A stretch of 64,000 nucleotides of DNA, taken from NCBI GenBank assembly GCA_903821745.1, contig CAIJMI010000004.1, positions 152,404 to 216,403 of the forward strand. Reading direction: 5' to 3'. The notes under the pieces are model-generated. The model ran no database searches. It was not told where the DNA came from and saw only the letters and a list, made by a program, of their open reading frames with translations. Source of the stretch: Candidatus Gottesmanbacteria bacterium. Its GTDB lineage: Bacteria > Patescibacteriota > Microgenomatia > UBA10105 > UBA927. Below are positions 49,291 to 59,931 of this stretch, in pieces. The position numbers and the translations under genes were made by a program. Each line of letters begins with the position of its first letter. Position 1 is the first letter of the stretch.

Positions 49291-49923
49291 ATGACGGACT
49301 ATCTTGATGAAACCATTGATCTTTATAATTCCCTTGCTGACAGTTATGCAAAGCAAGTTCAAGACCGTGGACCATTCATGCAAAGGAAAAAATTTGTATC
49401 CATGCTTCCGCCAGGAGCAAAAATTCTTGATGTCGGATGCGGGTCAGGGAGAGACTGTAAATTTTTTAGCCAAGAAGGATTTAAAGTGACAGGAATTGAT
49501 CGTTCAGAAAAACTTTTAGAGATTGCAAGAATTGCAGCACCGCGGGCTAAATTTTACAGCGCAGATATACGGCATCTTTCCTTTGAAAAAAATATGTTTG
49601 ATGGAATTTGGTCCTGTGCATCCATAGTTCATATTAGTCATAACGAAATGCAACAAGTATTCAACTCTTTTTATTCAATACTGAAACCTCAGGGTGTTTT
49701 GTATATTCATGCAAAAAAAGGTGAGGGAGAAGGATATTTGGAAGAACCAAGTATACCGGGAAAACAACGCTTTTATTCCCTTTTTACGACTTCCTTGTTG
49801 AAAAAATATTGTGAAACTGCAGGGTTTTCTGAGATTGAGGTTATTGATATAGGATTTACAGAGGCGTATGCTAATGGGAAATATTCAAAAGAATGGGTGG
49901 ATTGTTTCGCAACAAAAGTATGA
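49291..49923 (+). CDS. Class I SAM-dependent methyltransferase
   Basis: ILDVGCGSGRD, FDGIWSCAS..H. Confidence 0.9.
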   Translation: MTDYLDETIDLYNSLADSYAKQVQDRGPFMQRKKFVSMLPPGAKILDVGCGSGRDCKFFSQEGFKVTGIDRSEKLLEIARIAAPRAKFYSADIRHLSFEKNMFDGIWSCASIVHISHNEMQQVFNSFYSILKPQGVLYIHAKKGEGEGYLEEPSIPGKQRFYSLFTTSLLKKYCETAGFSEIEVIDIGFTEAYANGKYSKEWVDCFATKV

Positions 49924-50798
49924 AAAAATATTTCATTGCAGAATGTATTACAAAAGATGATCTGATTCATCAGGGGTTGTATTTTGAACCCACTAAGAAA
50001 TCAGATACGGCTATTTTGTATGTTCATGGGCTCTCAAGTGTATTTCATGGGCATATGGCAACCTGTGACGCATTTGCTGACATGTGTAAAGACAAAGGGT
50101 TTGGATTTGCATCATTTAACAATAGAGGATTTTGTTTAATCTCCGGTATTCAGAAAAAAGACCCAACAGCATTAACTGGTATCGGTCATATTCCAGGAGG
50201 AGCAGGACAGGAAATCTTTGAAGATTGTGTCTTGGATATTGATGGAGGGGTAACATTTTTAGTTCAGCAAGGATATTCCAAAATAGTGTTAGTTGGCCGT
50301 TCAACAGGAGCAAACAAAGCATGTTTTTATGCAGGGACCGTTGATGATCCACGGGTGATCGGTGTGGTATTAAATTCAGCAGTCAGTGATAGGCTGGAAA
50401 AAACACCTGAAGAAATTGCAAAAACGCTTCCACTCATGAAGAAAAAAATCGAAGAAGGAAAAGAACATGAGCTTTTGGTTGGATACAGTTTTTTCCCAAT
50501 GACGCCGAAACGATATATTTCGTTATATGAAAAGGGTACAAAAGAAGATGTTTTTGATTATGGGGATGAAAAACCAAAGATGACTGTATATTCCCAAATT
50601 AAAAAACCATTGTTTGTTGTGATGGGAGAAAATGATGAACATATTGATCGGCCGGTGAAGGATATCATGAAGGTATTTGAAGGAAAAACAACAAGTAAAA
50701 ATTATAAAAGCATGATTGTTCCTGGTGCCATCCACGGATTTGAAGGGAAGGAACGGGAGCTTGCAACATATATCGGCGAATGGATCACCACTATTTGA
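49920..50798 (+). CDS. Alpha/beta hydrolase (DUF1749-like)
   Basis: VHGL, GRSTG nucleophile elbow, G..D, H.F. Confidence 0.8.
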   Translation: MKKYFIAECITKDDLIHQGLYFEPTKKSDTAILYVHGLSSVFHGHMATCDAFADMCKDKGFGFASFNNRGFCLISGIQKKDPTALTGIGHIPGGAGQEIFEDCVLDIDGGVTFLVQQGYSKIVLVGRSTGANKACFYAGTVDDPRVIGVVLNSAVSDRLEKTPEEIAKTLPLMKKKIEEGKEHELLVGYSFFPMTPKRYISLYEKGTKEDVFDYGDEKPKMTVYSQIKKPLFVVMGENDEHIDRPVKDIMKVFEGKTTSKNYKSMIVPGAIHGFEGKERELATYIGEWITTI

Positions 50799-50846
50799 TA
50801 ATTTTGGTTGATTGTCGCGTCTCCCTATGCTAGTATCGATGATACC

Positions 50847-51773
50847 ATGAAGCAGAAAATCTTCTTTCTCATCGGAATCCTTGTTTTTGTTGCTCTCATT
50901 ATCGGCGTTATTAAAATGGTGTTGGGCAAATCTTCGAAACAAGGGGATTTACGGGTAGAAAGTAATCCTGTAGCAAGTGTATTTTTGGACAATAAACATA
51001 TTGGAAGAACGCCAATCGGAGAAACATCATATAAACTTGATCCTGGTGAATACACGTTAAAAATCGTTCCAGATTCCGGTTCAACACAATTTGCCAGCTG
51101 GACAGGGAAAATAACGATTGGACCGAATTTGTTAACGTATGTCAAAGCGGACATGTCCGAATCAGAACTGTCAACCGCTGTTGATGTGTTGTGGTTGGAA
51201 AAAATGAGTGGGAAAAAATCGGAGGTTTCGGTAACCACTATGCCTGACAGTGCAACCGTTATGATTGATGATGAAACAAAAGGTATGACACCAATCATTA
51301 TTCCTGACATCACTCCTGGAAATCATGTGATAACGATTACCTCACAGGGGTTTCTGACTCGAACAATGAAAGTGCAATTAACCCCAGGATATCGGCTCAT
51401 TGCAGCACTCAAGCTGGCGCTAACATCAGCTAAATCGGTAACACTAACACCCGAAGCATCTTCATCAGCATCGACAGTCAAAACAGCAACACCTTCAGGA
51501 ACAATTAAACCAACCCCCAAAACAACACCACTTACGAGTCTTCAGGATCCGGTAAAACCCTATGCGCTGATTAAAGATACGCCAACGGGGTATTTGAATG
51601 TTCGGATGGGGCCAGTGAAAACAGCGACCAAAACAGCTGAGGTGAAACCAGGAGAAAAATATTCTTACGACAAAACAGAAACAGACACGGCAAGTACGGT
51701 TTGGTACGAAATTAAAAAAGATGGTGTTGTCTTAGGATGGATTTCAGGACAATACGTTGAGAACGTCGAGTAA
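50847..51773 (+). CDS. PEGA-repeat + SH3b surface protein
   Basis: TM, two V.S.P..A.V.LD..G.TP repeats, Thr/Pro linker, LNVR..P...WY.I...GWIS..YV. Confidence 0.8.
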   Translation: MKQKIFFLIGILVFVALIIGVIKMVLGKSSKQGDLRVESNPVASVFLDNKHIGRTPIGETSYKLDPGEYTLKIVPDSGSTQFASWTGKITIGPNLLTYVKADMSESELSTAVDVLWLEKMSGKKSEVSVTTMPDSATVMIDDETKGMTPIIIPDITPGNHVITITSQGFLTRTMKVQLTPGYRLIAALKLALTSAKSVTLTPEASSSASTVKTATPSGTIKPTPKTTPLTSLQDPVKPYALIKDTPTGYLNVRMGPVKTATKTAEVKPGEKYSYDKTETDTASTVWYEIKKDGVVLGWISGQYVENVE

Positions 51774-51775
51774 AG

Positions 51776-52714
51776 TTATCCTCCAATGCCGTAGATGACA
51801 AGAAGGACGGAACCAACCCACAAAAGAATTGTTGTTAACAGGGGAATATCTGATGTTAATATTTTTTCCGGTGATTCACCTTTTCCTTCATAAATAAGCT
51901 GCATATAGCGCATAATTCCATACAACACAAAGGGAATGGTGATCATCATCCATTTTCGATCCGGAAGCCCTACGCCAAAATCTTCATAATTTTTAAAGAA
52001 AAATCCCAAATTAGACGGTTTCTCAAGAAAGGTGTAATAGGCATAGGTGATAAACGTGGAATTGGCAAACATAGCAGTATAGGTATCAAGTAACTTTTCT
52101 GAATAATGCGATAAACTGTCTCTCGTATCTTTTGGAACAATACCCTGATACCCCTGAATTAAGGTTAGCTCTGCTCTCCGTTTTCCCGTTGCTAAGAAGA
52201 GGGCCAGTGAAAATGCAGCAAGGGCAAGCCAGACGGAAATATGATATCCCGTTGCAGCTTCACCTGCATAAACGCGGATAAAATACGCTGCTGTGATTGC
52301 CAGAATATCGATAACGACAATATGTTTTAACACTAAAGAGTATCCATATTGCAGACAAATAAAGCCGATGGATAATAGTAAAAAGGTCGTTCCAAGAGAT
52401 GCAGCTATTATCATGCCAATGATAAATAGACCAAGGGACGTAAAAAGTGCAATTGGAACAGGGAGTTTTCCACTCGCAATTGGGCGAAACTTTTTAAATG
52501 GATGTTTTCTGTCTTTTGCTGCATCCAAAATATCATTGATAATATAGCTGGATGAAGAAAAACAGCAGAGTGCAATAAATGCCCAAAGGGATGGAACAAA
52601 AAAAGCAGGCTGGAAAAATTTACCTGTAAAAAGAATCGGCGTAAACACCGCAACATTTTTCAACCATTGTCTTGGTCTTGTGGTTTTGAAAATTGCGAAA
52701 AGAAGTTGACCCAT
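51776..52714 (-). CDS. UbiA-family polyprenyl-phosphate phosphoribosyltransferase
   Basis: RP.QW.KN, NDILD...DR.HP.K..RPIASG, KRRAE. Confidence 0.85.
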   Translation of the reverse strand: MGQLLFAIFKTTRPRQWLKNVAVFTPILFTGKFFQPAFFVPSLWAFIALCCFSSSSYIINDILDAAKDRKHPFKKFRPIASGKLPVPIALFTSLGLFIIGMIIAASLGTTFLLLSIGFICLQYGYSLVLKHIVVIDILAITAAYFIRVYAGEAATGYHISVWLALAAFSLALFLATGKRRAELTLIQGYQGIVPKDTRDSLSHYSEKLLDTYTAMFANSTFITYAYYTFLEKPSNLGFFFKNYEDFGVGLPDRKWMMITIPFVLYGIMRYMQLIYEGKGESPEKILTSDIPLLTTILLWVGSVLLVIYGIGG

Positions 52715-53751
52715 AAGAAAAAGCCTCCTATAGCAACCGCAATCAAAAATAATGCAAATATTTTTTGTCTGCTGTTGATAACGAGTGCGATCACTCCCAG
52801 TATAGCGGAGACCCCCCAGTAAAACAATGCAATTCTTCGTTTTCCCCATCCTGCATCCATAAGAACGTGATGAAGATGCTTTCTGTCTGCCCAAACGGGT
52901 GACTTCCCTTTTGCAACACGCCGAAGAAGGGTATACACCGCATCAACCGTTGGAATACCAAGAACTAAAAGTGCCGTACCCAATTTTCCATAAGATAAAA
53001 TTGCAAGAAGTCCCAGAAGAAATCCTGCAAGTGTTTTTCCACTGTAGCCTGGCATAATTTTTTGCGGATAAAAATTCCAAGGTAAAAATCCGGCATATGC
53101 ACCGGATACGATAAAGGCAAAAACAGTTATTGGGATTTGTGACGGATCATTAATACTATACCGTAAAGAAAGAATGCCAATGATGCCGGCACTAATGGAA
53201 ACAAATCCCGGCATTTGTCCTTCAACTCCTGCAGACCATCCGACAATATTAGTTGTCCACATAAGCCATAAAAATGCAGTAATTGCTGACCAGACAAGGA
53301 GCGAATGCGTACCGAAAAACTGGATGGTGATGCGAAGCGTATCAAGATGCAGAAGTCCTCCAGTAATGGGATTGGTAATATACGGTACGCCTGCACCCGC
53401 AAGAATGGCAATGCCGATTGCAAGGGAATTGGTAAGGATACGGATATATGGGCTGATATCCTTTTTATCGTCAAGAAGTCCAACGACCGTAAAAATAATA
53501 CAAGAGATGGTAATACCAATAAAGAGTTTATTTAATGGTAGAAAGATAAGAGAAACAGCTAAAATACCTATGACAATGGCAAGTCCTCCTGCGCGAGGGA
53601 TGATACCGACATGGGTATTGGCTGGATGAATCCGTTTTTTTGGATCATCCACTAATCCATATCGTTTGGCGAACCAGATCATAAATGGCGTTATTCCCAT
53701 TGTGGTTGCGGTGGCAAGAAGAAATGGGATAAAAATATTTTGTACCCACAT
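52660..53751 (-). CDS. WecA/TagO/MraY-like polyprenyl-P HexNAc-1-P transferase
   Basis: VDDP, P.AGG, GLLDD, NFYP.KI, DRKHLHH. Confidence 0.85.
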   Translation of the reverse strand: MWVQNIFIPFLLATATTMGITPFMIWFAKRYGLVDDPKKRIHPANTHVGIIPRAGGLAIVIGILAVSLIFLPLNKLFIGITISCIIFTVVGLLDDKKDISPYIRILTNSLAIGIAILAGAGVPYITNPITGGLLHLDTLRITIQFFGTHSLLVWSAITAFLWLMWTTNIVGWSAGVEGQMPGFVSISAGIIGILSLRYSINDPSQIPITVFAFIVSGAYAGFLPWNFYPQKIMPGYSGKTLAGFLLGLLAILSYGKLGTALLVLGIPTVDAVYTLLRRVAKGKSPVWADRKHLHHVLMDAGWGKRRIALFYWGVSAILGVIALVINSRQKIFALFLIAVAIGGFFLWVNFFSQFSKPQDQDNG

Positions 53752-53755
53752 ATGT

Positions 53756-54148
53756 TTAAATGACCATCGTAATAATTTTAACGAGTGTGATGGTCGAAAG
53801 AATGCTTATGACAAGAGAGCTAAGTGTAAGGGTTTGAGAAAAAACGAGATATTCATTCGTTAGGATTGAGGCAATAGAGATATTAATACCGGTAATAACA
53901 AGGGATGATGCAGGAAGAAGAAAAAGCCAGAATGGAGGAGCTAATCGTTCAGCTCCCCACGGTTTGGAATACCACAAGGGTACAATGGGTGGAAGTTTTT
54001 GCCAAAAGATAATGATACCAAGAACACTTATTGTACATAACAATAACGTGAACTTTGTTGCAAGAGAAATAATTCTATTTTGTGAAAGTATTTTCCATGA
54101 GGCGATGAGTGTGCGCCATTGATTGTGTATAACGGCAAGGAATTTCAT
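53756..54148 (-). CDS. Small membrane protein (DUF1648-like)
   Basis: LPP.VPLWYS.PWG; 3 TM. Confidence 0.6.
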   Translation of the reverse strand: MKFLAVIHNQWRTLIASWKILSQNRIISLATKFTLLLCTISVLGIIIFWQKLPPIVPLWYSKPWGAERLAPPFWLFLLPASSLVITGINISIASILTNEYLVFSQTLTLSSLVISILSTITLVKIITMVI

Positions 54149-54156
54149 AAGAATCG

Positions 54157-55488
54157 TTATTTTTTTACTCCTTTGGTGAGTGGCAATTCATAGGTAATGG
54201 AATAGGTTCCATCTCCATGTACCATAAATGTTCGGATTGGATAGGAAGGAAGTTGATTTGCTATATGTTTTGCATCAAGTACTGCATCACCGATAAACCA
54301 AGGAAACACCGCGCCTTTTGGGTTATAAAAATAAACCCGATTTCTGTTTTTTGCATAATACATCGTTTCAAGAAAGATAATCGGATTATCTGCAAATATA
54401 ACGTCCTGTGGTTCAATGAGGGTATTAATTTCTTGCATTGGTGTACGAAGATCCATTTTACTGTGTTTGTCTGAATACCACATACTAAAACCAAACGTGT
54501 AAGAAAAAATTGCAATCGCGAACATCCATTGGACAATTTTCATTTTGAATGAAGAAATTGCGTAGCCAATCAGAAACACTTCTGCAATAGTTACCGGAAT
54601 ACAATATCGATTCACAAAGATAGGTTTAATAAAGGAAACGCCGATGACAAGAATAAGGGGAATATATACAAAACCTAAAAATAATGTCGAATGTTTTCGG
54701 TTCGATTTTGGTATAAACGCCACAAAAGACAAGATTAAAAGAATGATAGACATCCATCGGGTGGTAGTCCATAAATACCCTGGCGTCCCTTCGTACCCGG
54801 TATACATGTTTCCAAGTACGGAGAAAATGAGATGAAAATCAACAGCAAAATACCATGAATAGTTAAATTTATGTGCAACAAAAAGAAAGCGGATAATCCA
54901 CGGTAAGATCGCCAGAGTAAATAGCAAAATGGATCGAATTATGGGGTCTTTAAAGAAAGTTTTTCGTTGAAACAATGTTTTGAAATGAATAATTCCGTAG
55001 TGAAGTAAACAAACAAATGGAATCATGCCAGCATAGAGGTGTGTGTAAAATCCCAATATTGCACCGATGGCAAATAGTTTCCAGTTTTGTTTAAGATATC
55101 CATAGATAGTGAGCGTGGTAAAAAAGATATACCATCCATATGCGCGCGCCTCAAGTGCGTAATAGAGAAGCATGGGGTTAAAAAAGAACAATAATGGGAT
55201 GAGCCATTGTATCCATTTTTTAGAAAATAAGTGCTCTGCAAGTAAAATAACGAGAATTGTTGCCAGTGCAAATCCGATAAACGATAGTGACCGAACAGCT
55301 ATTTCACTTTGTCCAAATAGTTTCAGCCAAAAATGGAGGAGGATGTAATAGAGCGGTGGATCAAATGAAGAATTTTGGAGAATCCAAGCCAGTGGTCGTG
55401 ATGCAAAGAGCACAGAAAATGCTTCGTCCCGCCAAAAACTTTGTATAAAATAAAACAATGGTGAGTGCGTTAATATATACGTGAACAT
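54157..55488 (-). CDS. GT-C (PMT/ArnT-like) membrane glycosyltransferase
   Basis: W.DEA, PPLYY, EAR.Y; multi-TM. Confidence 0.85.
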   Translation of the reverse strand: MFTYILTHSPLFYFIQSFWRDEAFSVLFASRPLAWILQNSSFDPPLYYILLHFWLKLFGQSEIAVRSLSFIGFALATILVILLAEHLFSKKWIQWLIPLLFFFNPMLLYYALEARAYGWYIFFTTLTIYGYLKQNWKLFAIGAILGFYTHLYAGMIPFVCLLHYGIIHFKTLFQRKTFFKDPIIRSILLFTLAILPWIIRFLFVAHKFNYSWYFAVDFHLIFSVLGNMYTGYEGTPGYLWTTTRWMSIILLILSFVAFIPKSNRKHSTLFLGFVYIPLILVIGVSFIKPIFVNRYCIPVTIAEVFLIGYAISSFKMKIVQWMFAIAIFSYTFGFSMWYSDKHSKMDLRTPMQEINTLIEPQDVIFADNPIIFLETMYYAKNRNRVYFYNPKGAVFPWFIGDAVLDAKHIANQLPSYPIRTFMVHGDGTYSITYELPLTKGVKK

Positions 55489-55497
55489 GCAATTCTA

Positions 55498-56976
55498 TTA
55501 TACCTTTTCTGTTACACGATATTCCAATCGTTTTCCAAGCATGAGTCTTGTATGCGCATCGAGTCCTGGTAGTGCAGAAAGAAAGAACGAGATGATCGGT
55601 AGCGTAAACCATTGTAAATACAAAAATGGGAGTTTCCATGAAGCATAGTCTTTCGGTTTTGGTGGTCGAATGCGCCAATCAATAATAAAAACGATAATTA
55701 AAAAGATGGTCGAAAGGGTAAGAATGCCCGATGAAAGTTGAGCAAGATTGTGACCAAGAACGGTTCTTCCAAATACAGGATTGATCAGTGGAGGAATTGT
55801 GCTTCCTAGGGTAAGCAAAAACCAATTTGCGGGCCAAAAGACATGATGTTCTAAGATCATAAAAACCCGTCGGAATCGGTCAGAAAATGGAATTTCTGTA
55901 TGTAAAAATGCATTTCGAATAACAAACGGAACATCGGAAACACCCCACGCCCACCGTTTGGACTGCTCATATTGATTTACAATGGTTTTGACGAAACTAT
56001 GACTTTCTGCAGCATCCACAAGAATGGGAAGAAAAATGCTTTCGGTGTGGGTGAGATGGCCTTTGGCAAAATATACTTTGAAGAATAAATGGTAGTCCTC
56101 CGGGATAACGTCAACGTCCCAATACCCAACATCAATAATGGTTTTAAGTGAGAGAGAATACGTTGAAAAATTGATAAATCGTGATTGTTGGGATAAAAGA
56201 GCAAGGTTCCAAATGCTATTGATGGTGTTAAACCATTTATTTGGTATTGGAATACGCCAGATATTTGAGTAAAAAAGAATAGCGCCTTGATAAAAATGAA
56301 ACGTATTCTTGTCATCAGTTAAAAATTTATATGAAAGGTATGAAAAATACTTCGGATGAATCATGGCGTCTGCGTCACAGGAGGTTATAGTGGTAAACGC
56401 AGGGTCTACCAAGTCTTTGGTTTGTTTCACTACTTCTTTTGCCGCCCATGCCATGTTGGAAGATTTTCCCATCACTTCACCTGGGGTGAGGGGGTGGTTG
56501 GTGATAATAAATCCGCCAAATTTATGTTCATATTCCTTTTTCAGCAAAGCGCCCGTTTCATTAGCACTGGTGTCTTTGGCTTCCGTTGCAAGGACGATAA
56601 TCAGTTTTTCTTTTGGTATATCCTGAAGACACAAATTATCAAACGTTCGGCGTAAAATATGAATCGGTTCTTTATATTCAGGAATGATCACAATATGTTT
56701 GATTGCTGCAAACGTTTTAAGTGTCTTTGCTTTTTTGAGCCAGTCAACTTTGATATGCGCCTGCATGGTTAGGTATGACCGGATTGCCGAGTAGGCAAGT
56801 GTAAAGGATTTGTAAAACCAGTAAACGTCAAACGTGATAATAAGGTATGCAACGAGTGCTGGATGCCAGAACGAAAGCCATAATGGCATCGTGATTAATA
56901 CCCATGATGTTAAAGGGATTGAAAATTCCAATAACCGCTGCATTCTGTTTGGATAGAGAAGAAACAATCGGCGCAT
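55498..56976 (-). CDS. Membrane-embedded GT2 glycosyltransferase
   Basis: P.YKE, GKSSN, DAD, PED, Q..RWAWG. Confidence 0.85.
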   Translation of the reverse strand: MRRLFLLYPNRMQRLLEFSIPLTSWVLITMPLWLSFWHPALVAYLIITFDVYWFYKSFTLAYSAIRSYLTMQAHIKVDWLKKAKTLKTFAAIKHIVIIPEYKEPIHILRRTFDNLCLQDIPKEKLIIVLATEAKDTSANETGALLKKEYEHKFGGFIITNHPLTPGEVMGKSSNMAWAAKEVVKQTKDLVDPAFTTITSCDADAMIHPKYFSYLSYKFLTDDKNTFHFYQGAILFYSNIWRIPIPNKWFNTINSIWNLALLSQQSRFINFSTYSLSLKTIIDVGYWDVDVIPEDYHLFFKVYFAKGHLTHTESIFLPILVDAAESHSFVKTIVNQYEQSKRWAWGVSDVPFVIRNAFLHTEIPFSDRFRRVFMILEHHVFWPANWFLLTLGSTIPPLINPVFGRTVLGHNLAQLSSGILTLSTIFLIIVFIIDWRIRPPKPKDYASWKLPFLYLQWFTLPIISFFLSALPGLDAHTRLMLGKRLEYRVTEKV

Positions 56977-57001
56977 AAAGACAAGCTAAGTATACCATTT
57001 T

Positions 57002-57697
57002 TTACCGAATATCAGGAAATCCGACTTTGTCACCTCGATGCAGGACAAAATAGATGAAAAATGCTTTGAGTCCCCGAAAAATATATTTGTATCCTTCATC
57101 GCCACGTCGGCCAGAGCTGATGACAATAAGTCGAGGTAAGTAAAGCACGCGTCCAACTTTTCGGAGTCTGTGTGCCATTTCCACATCTTCCGCAATTTTA
57201 AAATCCACCGGAAATCCTCCTGCTTCGTTAGCTTTTGCTCGTATAAATGAGATATTTTGTCCCGCTGCCATGTAAATACCAAACCAATAGAGAATCTGAT
57301 TGATAAATGGTTGGAGTACATTAATGATCAAGCGATAGAAAAATCTTCCATCTTTTACCCTAAATGAACCAAAAGCTCCCGATACTCCAGGTTTAGAAAG
57401 CGCAGTTTCAATTTGTGTAAGCCAATCTTTAGGGACAATGGTGTCAGCATCTGTATATGCAACGAAATCTCCTTTGGCAATTGCCAGTCCCTGTTGTCTT
57501 GCAAATCCGATGACGCGATGGGGAACCGTAATCACGATAGCGCCTAGTTTTTTTGAAACGTCTGCTGTTTTATCTATTGATCCTCCGTCAACAACAATAA
57601 TTTCATCCGGTTTTCTATCAAGTTCTAGTAGTGATTTAATAGTTCGTGGAAGTAAAACTTCTTCATTATATGCGGGAATGACAACAGAAATTTTCAT
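57002..57697 (-). CDS. GT2 glycosyltransferase
   Basis: VVIPAYNEE, VDGGS.D, DAD, ED. Confidence 0.92.
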   Translation of the reverse strand: MKISVVIPAYNEEVLLPRTIKSLLELDRKPDEIIVVDGGSIDKTADVSKKLGAIVITVPHRVIGFARQQGLAIAKGDFVAYTDADTIVPKDWLTQIETALSKPGVSGAFGSFRVKDGRFFYRLIINVLQPFINQILYWFGIYMAAGQNISFIRAKANEAGGFPVDFKIAEDVEMAHRLRKVGRVLYLPRLIVISSGRRGDEGYKYIFRGLKAFFIYFVLHRGDKVGFPDIR

Positions 57698-57705
57698 ACT
57701 TTTTA

Positions 57706-58470
57706 TTATATCGTAAAAAGTGTTTGTGCATTATATGTTGTTGCTTCTTCAATGTCTTTGACGTCTTTATTTTGTAACTTTGCAATTGCTTGGGCGATTA
57801 AAGGAATATATTTTGGTTCTTCACGTTCTCCACGGTGACCTTCTGGTGGTAAGTACGGGGAATCCGTTTCAAGAAGCAAACGATCAAGGGGAATTGAAGG
57901 CATTACCATTGCAAGTTGTTTGGAATAGGTTGCGTTACCGTCAAGACCAATATAAAAACCTCTGTCAGTAATATTTCGTATGTCTTCAAGTCCTCCGCTA
58001 AAACAATGAAATACCCCCCGTGGAAGTGCGGGGAGTTGATCAAGAACATTGAAAATATCGGCAAACGCGTCGCGAGAATGAATAATAACGGGTAAGTTAA
58101 ATTCAAGTGCAATATGAAGTTGAGTATCAAACAGTCCTATCTGTTCATTTTTTTTTCCGACCGCATCAAATCCTTTATACGAATGATAATCGAGGCCGCA
58201 TTCACCGATAGCGATTGTCTCATTGGTCATGATTTTTACAATATCTTTTCGTTCTAATTTATTACCCGCATTGTATGGATGAATACCGACGGAGGCATAA
58301 ATAACACCGGGATTTTGAAGAGCCAGCTCTGCAGCACTTAACGAAGTTTTTATATCATCTCCTGGGTTAATAAATTTTTTCACTCCGGCTTTTTTTGCGT
58401 TGCCAATAACCATTGCCCGATCTTCATCAAAATTTGAGAAGTTTAAATGACAGTGTGTGTCGATATACAT
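57706..58470 (-). CDS. tatD: TatD-family nuclease
   Basis: DTHCHL, GIHP, GECGLD, HSR, HCF, ETDSPY. Confidence 0.93.
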   Translation of the reverse strand: MYIDTHCHLNFSNFDEDRAMVIGNAKKAGVKKFINPGDDIKTSLSAAELALQNPGVIYASVGIHPYNAGNKLERKDIVKIMTNETIAIGECGLDYHSYKGFDAVGKKNEQIGLFDTQLHIALEFNLPVIIHSRDAFADIFNVLDQLPALPRGVFHCFSGGLEDIRNITDRGFYIGLDGNATYSKQLAMVMPSIPLDRLLLETDSPYLPPEGHRGEREEPKYIPLIAQAIAKLQNKDVKDIEEATTYNAQTLFTI

Positions 58471-58481
58471 ACCTTAATATA

Positions 58482-59909
58482 TTATGGTAATCGCGGAAAT
58501 AACGGTGGTAGTGATGCAATGGTTGGCCCTGCAAATTGCGTTAATATTCGTTCTGCAGTTTCTGGAAGAAACGGTTGAAGAAGTATTGCAATTGTTTGAA
58601 TTTGTTGTACTGCATCGATAAGAATGGGAGTCCGATCAGGTTCAGACAATCTCCATGGTTCTTTGTCATTGATCAATTTATCGCAGATCTTTATTTTTTC
58701 CCACACAAATCCCAGCGCATCGTTGAGTTGAAATTCGTCAATCATCTTTTTGTATTCGTCTTTGAATACATCTTTAAATGTTGTTGTATTTTTCCCGTAC
58801 GTTACGGTTCCAGAAAGTTTTGCAACACGTGATGTAAGATTTCCAAGCCCGTTTGCTAAATCTGCGTTATACAGCTCTTTAAATCGCCGTTCAGAAAAAT
58901 CTCCATCCGCAAACGTTGGAAGTTCCTTTAAGAAATAATAGCGTAAACTTTCTGCACCGTATTTTGAAATGAGTGCAGTTGGGTCAACAATGTTACCAAC
59001 GGTTTTACTCATCTTTTGTCCATCAACGGTAAAGTATCCATGGACAAGAATAGTTTTTGGAAGTGAAAGTCCTGCAGAGAGTAAAAACGCCGGCCAGTAG
59101 ATAGCATGAAACCGCGCAATCCCTTTTCCAATGACGTGGACATCTGCCGGCCACCATTTTTTGTATGACGTTTCGTCCCATCCAAATCCAATTCCTGACT
59201 GATAAATATTTAACGCATCAAACCACACATACATCCGTTGTGTGTCATCTCCAGGAATAGGAACACCCCAGTTTTTTGCTCGTTCGTTACTTCTTGAGAT
59301 GCTGATATCTTGAAGTGGTTGTTTTAAGAAAGAAAGCATTTCATTCTTTTTTGTTTCCGGAACGATCTTTATCGTATCTGAAGATATGAGATCGATGAGT
59401 TGTTGTTGATAGGAAGAAAGTTTGAAGAAATAATTTTCTTCTTTTACGAGTTCCAATTTTTTTCCCGGATGTTCAAAACATTCTCCGTTCTCATTTAACT
59501 CATCTTTGGTGTAATACTGTTCACATCCGACACAATACAATCCTTCATAAGATTTTTTATAGATATCATGTTCACATAACTTCCAAAGTTTTTGACTTGC
59601 ACTGTAGTGATGTTCCTGATCGCTTCCTTTTTGGAATATGTCAAATTGAACATGAAGCTGTTGAGCTAATTGTTTAAATAACTCTGAATTTTTATCAATA
59701 AATTCTTGAAGTGGTATACCTGCCTTTTCCGCCGCCTGCACGTTTTTGAGCGCATTTTCATCACCACCTGATAAAAGACAGGTTTCATCTCCAAGGAGTC
59801 GGTGAATGCGGGCAACGGTATCAGCCTGTACAAATTCCAATGCGTGGCCCACATGCGGTGTAGCATTGACGTAGGGAATTGCTGTAGTGATATAGAATTT
59901 GTTTGCCAT
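58482..59909 (-). CDS. metG: Methionyl-tRNA synthetase (short form)
   Basis: YITTAIPYVN..PHVGH, YVWFDAL, KMSKT. Confidence 0.96.
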   Translation of the reverse strand: MANKFYITTAIPYVNATPHVGHALEFVQADTVARIHRLLGDETCLLSGGDENALKNVQAAEKAGIPLQEFIDKNSELFKQLAQQLHVQFDIFQKGSDQEHHYSASQKLWKLCEHDIYKKSYEGLYCVGCEQYYTKDELNENGECFEHPGKKLELVKEENYFFKLSSYQQQLIDLISSDTIKIVPETKKNEMLSFLKQPLQDISISRSNERAKNWGVPIPGDDTQRMYVWFDALNIYQSGIGFGWDETSYKKWWPADVHVIGKGIARFHAIYWPAFLLSAGLSLPKTILVHGYFTVDGQKMSKTVGNIVDPTALISKYGAESLRYYFLKELPTFADGDFSERRFKELYNADLANGLGNLTSRVAKLSGTVTYGKNTTTFKDVFKDEYKKMIDEFQLNDALGFVWEKIKICDKLINDKEPWRLSEPDRTPILIDAVQQIQTIAILLQPFLPETAERILTQFAGPTIASLPPLFPRLP

Positions 59910-59931
59910 AGCTCATATTATACATTTTTAC

